Below, one piece after another: positions 41,601-52,502 of a stretch of DNA of 64,000 bases. The translations under genes and the position numbers were made by a program. How positions within the stretch are numbered: the first letter of the stretch is position 1; the number at the start of each line of letters is the position of its first letter. Location of the stretch: positions 11,532,001 to 11,596,000 of the forward strand of contig NC_135258.1 of the NCBI RefSeq assembly GCF_964204865.1, read 5' to 3'. The notes below the pieces were generated by a model. It did no database searches, had not been told where the DNA came from, and worked only from the letters and a program-made list of their open reading frames with translations. Source of the DNA: Styela clava (Eukaryota).

Positions 41601-43912
41601 GCCCAATGAGCATCAGCAGTGCCGGTAGTCTATTCCAGTGTTCCCAACGTGTGGTTGCGACCCAACGATGGTTCGCCTGAAAATCCTCTTCAACCGCTTG
41701 TTTCTTAGCGAAAGCATAGGAGTTATTGATTTTATTGGACAAGAAATGTACATATGGATCGTTTTCCTGTTACAGGTACTGGTGGGTTACCGTATATCTG
41801 TTCCACAGTCCTCCCTTCGTTCATGATACCCTACGATCTTCGGCGAATTGATGGTGAAATATTTCGATTTGGTCGTCGTGTCTATATAATTGAGCATTGA
41901 TCTCGTGTTTTCTCGTGAATTTCTGTGTTTATTTTGTATTTGGCATTGAATTGTCGCCTAATAATAATTATATGTGAGAATATCAGCTCGTAAAAACTTG
42001 ACAGCATCTATTATGTCAAGCTCAACAAGAAAGTGTAGTGATGAGTAACAATCTACGCAATATTAGTTGATTTGTTGTCTGAATTGCCTGTGCAAGGCAA
42101 GAGGGTGTCATTTAATATAGGGTATGCTGAGTCAATCGAACTCTTTAAAATCAATTGGATTTTTTATTACAAGAACGGATTTACCCTGGAAAAACATTAC
42201 GCCACGGAAGACAAAAAACAACCACAGAGATTTTTGCAAAAAAAAATTAATCGTATAAGAACAGTAATTAAATGAGTATAAATTTTAGTCAAAATATTTT
42301 TAAGGTCTTGTTTTATCAACATACGAAGAAACTGCAGATGGATTTGAAATGCATTTTGGAGTCAATCATCTGGGGCATTTTCTCCTTACGAGTTTACTTC
42401 TAGATTTGTTGAAAGTAAGTCAAGGCTAAAAGTGAACTTAAGTTAATATTATAATAGAACAAAATCATTGGAAATTTTATAAGATTAATAATAATATCTA
42501 AGGCGTGGACAGCGCATTTATTGTGTTTTAATTGAAAAAAGGTAGTAATATCGAGCGGATTTTCTTACTGTAAACTTCACCCCCGAGAATAGTAAATGTT
42601 ACTATAACAATAAAAACTTGATTTCATAGTATTGTATTCATACCAAAAAAAAATCTGAATTTCCAGCGAAGTGCTCCAAGTAGAATTGTCAACGTTGCTT
42701 CCTCTGGCCACCAGGCTACTACTATCAATTGGAATGATCCAAACAGGAAACATAATTTCAATGGACTGGAAGCATATTGTCAAAGCAAATTAATGAATGT
42801 ATTATTCTCAAGGGAACTCAGCAAAAGACTTGAAGGTGCGAAGTAATTTAGTATATTATACAAAATCAAATCTATGTTAGGCTACATGTAAGTAACAAAT
42901 GCAGTTTGGAAAGACTGGGATTTTCTTACAAAATTACATCCTTGGAAAGGTAGTTAGCGTGTGACACGGAGCCCTATAACTCTAAACTGCTACGCAAGGC
43001 GCACCTACATTCGATACTTATATACCAATGTATGTGCTGGCATATCATAATTAGCATTTTAAAGGATCATATATTTATATAAAAGCTATATACCATGTAG
43101 GAAAGTCAATTTATTTACAGCGATATTTATAATTTCAGGTACTGGAATGACATCTAATAGTTTACATCCTGGTGTGGTGGAAACTGAGCTCAATCGTGAT
43201 ATGGGATGTTGTAGAATGTCAGGATTTCTGGCATGCATGACAACGTGTATATTTACTTTATGTCCGTGCATTTTAGTCGATGTAGAGAAGGGAGCACAAA
43301 CTTCTGTTTACTGTGCAATCGCTCCGGAACTGGAAACTGTAACCGGAAAATATTTCAGGTGTGAAATATGAAAATGAGTATCATGATCAACCTATCTTGA
43401 TAAAAACATACATTTTTCTCCTCAATATAAATTATATCATCAAATCGCGTTGCAAAATGAAATAAAAAATATTCAGAATCAGTTTGTGGATATTCAATTT
43501 TACAAACGTTTTCAGTGTAAAAATAAATAAAATAGGTGCAGAAGTATATATGGCTTTAAATGCTTTTGTGAATATTTTCCTATTGAAAATTTCTCACAAA
43601 ATTCTTGTATGTGAAAAAGTAAATTACTCTTGAAACTAATGTATTAATATACTGATTTCGAAAATGCTTTGATGTACACTTTGGGCTGTACTTAATCAGG
43701 CAGATTTAATTTTTTTCTAACAACGAAATCAAATTTGCTTTTGTCGAATTGAAAGTTCAATTTTTTGACTAATTAGTCAAATTTGTATTTTTTTATGAAT
43801 CTGAAGTGGCTGTAAAGTTGTGAGAGAAGCAAGTTATGCTAGAAATGATAAAAGTGCAAGTAAGTTATGGAAGATGAGTGAAGAACTAACTGGACTGATG
43901 AATGAAAATTGA
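38666..43912 (+). CDS. Retinol dehydrogenase-like SDR, copy 2
   Basis: Exons 38666-38854, 41406-41538, 42305-42414, 42667-42835 (YCQSK), 43139-43358 and 43807-43912 are in frame with TGxxxGxG, NNAG and YxxxK intact. Confidence 0.9.
39012..41150. mobile_element. Non-autonomous hAT element (2.1 kb) in intron 1 of RDH copy 2
   Basis: TIRs cagtggttcccaa / ttgggaaaaactg; subterminal cgcgaccc repeats; TSD cattagat/cactagat (7/8); absent from the homologous intron of copy 3. Confidence 0.8.
39129..39961. mobile_element. TA-targeting TIR element nested in the hAT element
   Basis: ~33-bp TIR tatcgtcacgctaataaccgaattgcgtaagtca and its reverse complement, inserted in a (TA)n run; near-identical shorter copy at 58404-58859. 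Confidence 0.8.
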
Positions 43913-44520
43913 ACCTGAAGCAAAATCAGAAAAAGAATGACTAAATTACCTTTGAAAACGTTGGGTCGGATTCACAAACACTCAACTTTACTATTCAATT
44001 TTGATTCTCAAGTTTACTATAAAAATCACTGACTTTCCTCATGAAATACGTCCGTTTTCATATTGTAGATTTGGTATAGCGTGCGATTTTCTCAAAAAAG
44101 AGGGCATTGTACATGAACTTTCAGCGGTCTCCAACACAGTAAATTAGATTGTTTTTAATGTATATATATGAATTCAACATTTTGTGTTCTTCAATGCAGA
44201 AATATTTCAACAATCGCACGCAGCAAAAAAAGATTTAAGAGATTCATTTGCTGCTTATAGATCCATACCATGGATCGAACGTGTTAGAATGTTAAAAATA
44301 GGCAAGAAACAAAATAATTTTTACATGTATTCTTTCTATTTCACAATTGTTCACAAAACTCGTCTGTTTTTTACCTCAATTATTGAGATGATTTGTTTTC
44401 CCGACACAGTTTATCATGCTTTTATCTATGCTATTATAATTTATGTATCGGTTTTTGCAAAATAACCAACTAACATCGCTATCTAGAGATAGAAAAATCT
44501 TAGATATTATATATCTAAGA

Positions 44521-45695
44521 CAGGGGTTCCTTTCAAGTGTCCAGTGCGACCCCAGGTCAATATGTATTTTTTTTTTCACGAAACCATAGACTTTAGACTT
44601 TTCTCACTGGACTTCTGAATTTGGTCATGTGGTGGTTTTAAGTAAAATATGCTAAACATTTAAACTCTTTATTTTAATTAACAATTAAATTAACAATTGA
44701 GTGTTAAGCGTGTTCAAAAACGTCAGTAAGAAGCGCAAGGCGAGCAAAAAAGTGTGGATCATGAAAATAACGAGCGTTCTCGTGCCCCTTATCTTGCAAA
44801 AATATGGCAAGTTCACGACGAAGAAGGAAAACCCATTCCAAAGTTTTTCCTCTTGACAGCCACCTGACAGCAGTGTGCATTAATAATGTGTGATGATTTG
44901 AATTTTCAGTAATGCACAATTGTTTGAACAAGCGGGAATTTAGTTCTCTAGCTTTCACATAATTGACAGTGGATATGACTATCTGCATTACATCAGAGAA
45001 GTTCGGAGACAAGTTTTTTGAGGCCAAATTCTGACGTTGAATTATACAGTGGTTTATCTTAATGTGAGGATATTTACTAGAAAGAATTCCCAGAACTCCA
45101 ATATTCTTTCCCATCATTGATGCTCCCCCATCCAAACTATACATTCGATCACTTTATTCCAATCTAGGTTATTTTCAGTGAAGAACTATTCAATGCCACT
45201 AAAAATATCTTCGCCTCTTGTTGTGGTTTCAAGTGAAATGCAAGCAAGCAGTTCCTCAGTGACTGAGCTCTCTTTCAAAAATCTTCCAAAGATCAGAAGC
45301 TGTGCTTGTGCTGTTGTATCACTTTACTCATCCACTGCCAGGGCTGTTCATGGCGAATTTCTGAAATCCTCTAAAATCTGTTCATTTAGATCAGCTGCAA
45401 TAGTTTGAATGCGTCTTGTTATAGTATTATTACTAAGAGCAGAGTTATTAACACCTTCCTGTACCTTTTTAGCAAATAGTTTACCCTCAAATACTTCACA
45501 TAAGATGTTTAAAGCAGGCTTTATAATAGTCTCCCCCTCAGTGAAAGGTCGCTTATGCCGAGCAATAAGAAGGGCTGTCTTGTAAGAAAATATTTCGATC
45601 TTTTCTTTTTGTGATAGAACCCTGCATAAAACTGCCTGCGACTTGATTAAACTTTCATAACGATAATGGAAAACTAAAACTCTCTTGCGGGCCTC
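44521..45695 (-). mobile_element. Defective hAT (Buster/ZBED5-SCAND3-like) transposon with a broken transposase remnant
   Basis: Left TIR caggggttcc at 44521. Minus-strand transposase motifs: DGGASMMG, HCIIQRQNL, VRWLSRG, LALLTDVF (44704-45144), and upstream PFTEGETIIKPA, LSNNTITRRI, LAVDES, with frame breaks. The empty site is visible in the duplicate at ~53190 (ctaagctatcagat). Confidence 0.85.
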
Positions 45696-46042
45696 TTCTA
45701 AGCTATCAGATTACCAGATAGATCACTCAAGGCGAAAATACTCCAGCTGTGGAAAATAATTTTGAGTGATTTTGAAAGTGACCAACGTGTATAAAACGGT
45801 AAAGTGGCAATACAATTAGCACGGAGCTTTCTTTAAAACATTTTAGTCCCAGTAGTTATATCAATGCTATGTATCTGAAAAGTTAACGAACATCGGAGAC
45901 GTAACAAATTACTGCATAAGCATGTGAGTAGGGAAGGTTAGGGCACATCGCATCTTTTGAGCCCTATAATCTGCTCATTCATTCGACATTGTGTGGCTAA
46001 TGAAGACTATATTACTAAGTTGACGAGTTGATATCAACGTCA

Positions 46043-46333
46043 TTACTTATCGATTTTAATCGGTAAGTATGTTGATAGGTATTTGTCTGTCTGTCTGTTA
46101 GATGCACGCGATATCTCACGAAAGCGAGATTGAATCTGCTCCAGATCTTGCATGTGCATTCATCATGTGTCGTACCAGAAGCCTATTGATTTTGGATAAA
46201 TTATGCCTAATAATTAGCGAGTTATTAAATAATTAGTGATGGGACACAAGGTGTCACTATGGAGTGAGAGCGCTGCTTTGGGGATCCCCTAACTTTCGAT
46301 CGATAAGTCTTCGGTCTCTGACCGATTTTGTTT
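46043..46333 (+). mobile_element. Non-autonomous Helentron (HINE/DINE-1-like) element
   Basis: Subterminal inverted repeats acttatcgat (46045) / atcgataagt (46299); a 5' partial palindrome; a (ctgt)n microsatellite; a 3' hairpin tcggtc-tct-gaccga; T-rich ends. Absent from the paralogous site at ~36360. Confidence 0.7.
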
Positions 46334-49004
46334 ATATATTGATTGCCACATAAATTCTGTTTTGAACCAAAAAACACAAAACTTAGGCTTTTTTTTAAAA
46401 TAGGACATCTAAGAAACAATTCGTTTCAAAACCTTATAGTAAACTTGTCGACATTCAGGCATATGCAAGAAATAATGAACTTTACTTTTCTTATTGAACT
46501 AGAACGGCTGTTGCTTCTATTTTATCCTTTTTTTTTCGTTAGGCTTAATAGTTTTTCCTGTGAAACTTTAGTGTACTATAGATTCATTCAATTCACCTAT
46601 ATACAAAGTAAAATATCACTAATAATTCTCCACAATATGCAGAATTTTTTTGTGGAAATAAACATTCGTGGCTCCATAACATTGATTAAAATTGCAAATG
46701 CAAATGCTTTTTAAATCACTTCTATATTGTGGTCAAAAATTCAGCATCGCCACAGAAGTTTCTCGTTGTTCGCAATTTAGCATTTATATATCTCTATTTA
46801 AAAATAAACGTAGACAAATCTCAAAATTGTTACTATTGAAGATTCAGTTATAACTGTATAATGCGCACGGAAAAAAATTGTTTTCACACTTTTCCGTGCA
46901 TCGAGTATCGACCGATATTGATTCGCTACAAATTATAGAAAAAGCGATTTATTCAATTCATACTCGGGAATACTTCAGCAAATTATGTATGGAATTACTA
47001 GAAAATTCTATCGGCAATATCAATTTTAATGTGACCCCATGACTCAGCGTATAACTTTATTAGTCTGCATAATTTCGAAATTGTTATATGTTATTATAAT
47101 ATTCCAAAATTATGCATGTTTAAGCATGGCAGAATGATAAATCGGACGTGATTTATTTGTTTAATTTACCTTAAAATGTTGTTAAAATGATCCATCTTTC
47201 ATAAATTGTAAATATTGTTTCACTTTGTTTGCAAACACACTAGCTAAAAACTAAATCTGTTTAATATGTTAATTTGGTACCATGTAACGTAATTGAACTC
47301 TGTTTGACTCTTGATTTAAGGGCGGGTTGTAAACTTGTGAGGAAAGGCATTAAAATGAAAATGCTCATCCAACATTTGAATATTAGAAAATCCAAATGCC
47401 ATTTATAACCTACAATTTGATTTCGGTCGTGATGACAACTACCTATAAATCAAATCGCACTGATAATTTGGTATCCTTTCTTTATATATATAAGATCGCG
47501 TTTGATGCAAATTTTGGAATTCGTGAGAAATTTAATAAGAAAAATAATAAAATTAAAAAATGTTTGCCCAAAAAGATAAGCTGATTCTCACTTCTAATCA
47601 GTTGCAATAGCCACTTTAGGACTAATTAGTATCCCCTGTGAATGATCATGACCTGGTTAAATAATATTAATTTAAATGCTACTTGCAATACAACAGTTAA
47701 AATGTTAATTTTTTTCGGTTTCTAAACAGTAAGAAGGGAACAGAATCTGACACGAAAACCATATGTGAAAACAGGAAAACTTCGTTTTTCCCATTTCATT
47801 TTTAACAACGTCTTCCATAGGATGCAAGGTGTTTGTAACTAAAATTTTTCAAAACAATTTAAACATTCTCACAATCAAAAAGGGGGTTAGTTGAATTGAA
47901 ATTACGTTCATTTTACTCCACATATTTAGCTCAATGATACATAGCGCGTAAACGTTACTGTACCTAATCTTTGTTTGAAAGGTCACATGGGTTGTGCACT
48001 TGGAATATTCGTTTCATTCAAAAAGATCTCTACGAACTTTCGTTATAATAGCAAGCTACAATTTATAAATCAGCGTTGTAATTGTAAAAACGCAGTATAC
48101 AAGCGTATCAGTTCATAATGGGAAAGAAAACGTGATAATTTTGAAGAAAAGACAAAGGTTTAACCTTAACCGTTGATGCCCCTCGTGATACTTTATAACA
48201 GGGGTAGCAACCTTTCAAAACAGATCGCGTTCGACTGATCCTACACAAGGTCCTACACAAAAATGAATGGGCACTGAATATCCAGATAACTGCACACATA
48301 CATACAAAAAATTCCACCGCAGACAATCAGTAAGCTTCGTGGACACATTATTATTAAAATCGACACAAAATTTTGATTTTGTATGTTCTATTTAAGTTGT
48401 TGATTTGGTTATTTAACTCTACCCGGAGTAAATGTTTTATTATTTATTTGAGATTTATTTAAATCATACAATTCAGATAAAAGGCGTGCCTAATTTTTAG
48501 TCGTAAATGTTGAAAATTTCTCAAGAAACCTTGCCATGTAATCATGTATTATCCAAACAGCAAAAAATGAATATCCTCAAACCATGAATGTTACATGACT
48601 GCTAAAACCTCCGAACGCGATTACTCGCTCGCTTGCTTAGAATTAGAACAATTTGGGCATATTGATGCCACTGCTACCATTGCGAATAAAATTTATCACA
48701 CTACTCTTGGAGTGAGACTTACTGCGGAAGTTATTGTAGGATGGTCATCGTTTGTCAGTCTAGACGGCACCTAATTTTTAAACCCTGGCAGCAGAAAAAC
48801 TTGCGTTCAGTAATATGCTCTATCGGGCTTGCCCATACTTAAATACTGTATGTGTATATTGTATTTTGCGCATGTAAAGTACTCTATTATTCCTGTTGTA
48901 AAAGACACAACTGGTTCGAGGCAATTTTGGAGGGTATTTTAATAAAATTCACGAAGCTTGCTTATTGTTTTCAATTCGTAAAATAATTATTAAAAATTTA
49001 GCAT

Positions 49005-49015
49005 ATGACTCAGCA
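49005..49015 (+). promoter_or_regulatory. Antioxidant response element upstream of RDH copy 3
   Basis: Perfect ATGACTCAGCA 280 nt before the ATG. Confidence 0.5.
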
Positions 49016-49284
49016 TAATAACGAGATTGTGACGAAATCTCATTTTTTAAAGACTAACCTTCGCCACGTGTGGTGGCATAGTTGCTGAGATATTTTATGT
49101 ATTGAGTTATTGACTGAACTTTGTGAATCGACTCTTCATACTTGCCCAATATAAATAACGGGTTTGTTTGCTATCACCATCATAAAAGCCACAGTCCGAT
49201 AAATAGCTTGTCATTGAATAGATCGGGTTAATAGTTAAGTTTTGTTGTAATATTTTTAAATGTAGGGGTTTATGTGAAGATCGG

Positions 49285-52200
49285 ATGGCGTCAACCAAAA
49301 GTGCAAAAAACGGTAGAGTTACCAAAGACTTGGAAATAGCTGGGAAGACTGTTTTAATCACCGGCGCAAACACCGGAATAGGTTTAGAGACTGCAATTGA
49401 TCTTGCGCAACGAAACGCTAAAGTCATAATAGCCTGCAGAAATTTACAAAAAGCAGAATCGGCGAAACAAAAAGTAAGTCTGTACCTTTTCCTTTGGATT
49501 CAAAGTTTAATGAAAGGGCAATCTAATATAAGTTAGCACTACACAAACTTGATGAGCCTAAAATCATATCTTCTATTTATCTATTACATTACGTTTATTA
49601 CATTTTCGGTTTGCTTCAAATCTATTGGCCAGCTTGTAAAGCTGTCGAACATATCAGAAAACTAGATGTCAGATGAGGTTGAACTATACTATTTCATTGT
49701 CCTTATTTATATAAAGATGCCAAGTCAATGTTCCAAAGTCTAACAACAACCTAATATGTATCTTAATTTTATGAAGGTAGTTTTTTTTTGTAGATTATAG
49801 AATCATCGGGCTCAAACAATGTTGTTGTGAAACATCTGGATCTGGCATCATTCGAGTCAATCCGAAAATTAGCGGCCGATATAAATGCGACTGAAGAACG
49901 ACTTGATGTATTAATAAACAATCCAGGTACATAGTAGAATTATTTGAATCGAAACAAGAGAGCAATGCTGAAATGTACGCGAAGTTCCAATGAGCATTCG
50001 CAGTGCCGGTAGTCTATCCCAGTGTTCCCAACGTGTGGGTCGCGAGCCGCGACCCAAAGATGGTTCGCCTTCTTTATCTCCGCGTTCGTTATGCTTCAGT
50101 GAAGCCACACCACAATTAAAAATAACTCGATTACGGCATACATAAGCTTTGGATTACGGCAAACAATCACAGCGCTCCCACTAGTGCAACTTTGAGGTAC
50201 TGTTGAAATAAATTGTGCAAAAATGATTATTCTGTATTTGTAATTTAATTCTGCGACCATAAAAGAACAAAATATTGGAATAAAAATTGACTGTTTATAG
50301 CCGTATAGCGTGTTCGGCCATATTTGAGCAATTAAAATTTTGAATTAATTGATCCATTAGTTGCGGAAAGAAGTGATTTTCTCAACGAAAAGAGAAACAC
50401 TAACAACAACAGCAACAAGAATAACAACAACAGGAATTCAGCAAATCGATCTATAAGTGTAGTCATGATTAAGAATCTACGCTATATTAGTTGATTTGTT
50501 GCCTGAATTGCCTATGCCGAACAAATGGGTTCCATTTAATATCGGATCATCCAAACTCTTTAAAGTCGATTGAATTTTTTATAACAAGAACGGATTTACC
50601 CTTAAAAAAACATTCACCGAAGACAAAATACAACCTTGGAAATTTTTACAAAAAAATTCAACCTATGAGAACAGTATTAATTTAAATATAAATTTTAATT
50701 AAAATATTTTTAAGGTCTTGTTTTATCAACATACGAAGAAACTGCAGACGGATTTGAAATGCAATTTGGAGTCAATCATCTGGGGCATTTTCTCCTCACG
50801 AATTTGCTACTGGATTTGTTAAAAGTAAGTCAATGCTATGGTAAAGGTAAACCTGGATGTTACCATTGCGCTTTGCAACAAAAATCAGCATTATAAGATA
50901 ACTGGTGATGGAGAATAATAATTGTTATGATGCAGACAGCGAATTGATTGTGTTACAATTGGTAGGTAGAAGGATCGAGTCGAATTACCGTAAATTAATC
51001 CTCAAGATTACGAAATGTTGCGATAACACTAAAAACTTTAAAAGTTGTGTTCACATCGGAATAAATCTAAAAATTGCTTTTAAAAGTACCTAAAAGAAAT
51101 GAATTGCAAGATAATGAATGGAATGGAATCAAGTTTCTGTATATTCACACCTAAGAAAAAGGATCAAAATTCCAAGTCAAACATAACCCCCCAAAAAATT
51201 TTTGAATTTCTAGCGAAGTGCTCCAAGTAGAATTGTCAACGTTGCTTCCGCTGGCCATCAGGCTACTACTATCAATTGGAATGATCCAAACAGAAAAAAT
51301 AATTTCAATGGAATGGAAGCATATTGTCAAAGCAAATTAATGAATGTTTTATTCTCCAGGGAACTCAGCAAAAAACTTGATGGTGCGAAGTAATATAGTA
51401 TGTTATACATTATACGATGTTTATTCAATGTTACCTGTATGTAACAAATTCTGTTTGGAAAGACTAATATTTTTCTGTTGCAACAGGAATAAAAAAAAAA
51501 TTACATCATTGGAAAGAAAGTTAGTCTGTGACATGGAACCCGATAAGTAAACAGCTATACAATGCGCACCAGCGTTCGATACTTGTATACCAATGTATGT
51601 GCTGGCATATCATAATTAGCGTGCATTTTGAAGGATCGTTTGAAGTGGCTTCTAAAAGACGAAAGTATATTTATTTACGATTATGTTTGTACTTTCAGGT
51701 AGTGGAGTGACATCTAATAGTTTACATCCGGGTGCCGTGGAAACTGAAATCGGTCGGGATTTGGGATGTTGCAAAATGTCAGGATTCCTGGCATGCATGA
51801 CAATATGTTTTTTTACTTTCTGTCCCTGCGTAGTAGTTGATGCAGAGCAGGGAGCACAAACATCTGTTTACTGTGCAATCGCTCCGGAACTGGAAAATGT
51901 AACTGGAAAATATTTCAGGTGTGAAATAAACAAAACAAATGAGTATCATGATCAACATACATTTTGCTTCTCAATATAAATCATAACATCAAATGGCGTT
52001 ACAAGAGGAAATAAAAATTGAAAATAAATACAATCCCGTATCAGTTTGTAGATATTCAATTTTCCAAACGTTTTCAGTGTATGAAATAAATAAAAATAGG
52101 TGCAGAAGTATATATATATGGTTTTAGTTGTTTCTTGTGAATATTTTCATATTGAAAATTTTTCATAAGCGTCTTTTATGTAAATTAGTCTTGAAAGTAA

Positions 52201-52502
52201 TGTATAATATACTGATTCCAAAAAATGCTTAGATGTACACTTTGGGCTTCACTTATTCGGGTAGATTTAAATTTTTTCTAGCAACAAAATTAAATTAGCT
52301 TTTATCGAATTGAAGGTTAATGATGTAATTAATGCTGTTTTGGAAGTTAAATGCAAGTCTTCTACTAATTACTCAAATTACCCTTTAATATTTTACATTT
52401 ATCATAAGTGGCTGTAAAGTTGTCAGAGAATCAAGTCATGCTAGAAATGATGAAAGTGCAAGTAAGTTATGGGAGATGAGTGAAGAACTAACTGGACTAT
52501 GA
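49285..52502 (+). CDS. Retinol dehydrogenase-like SDR, copy 3 (NNAG changed to NNPG; C-terminus 4 aa shorter)
   Basis: Exons 49285-49473, 49794-49926, 50715-50824, 51214-51382, 51699-51918 and 52409-52502 form an open frame; exons 1-5 have the same sizes as in copy 2. Confidence 0.88.
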
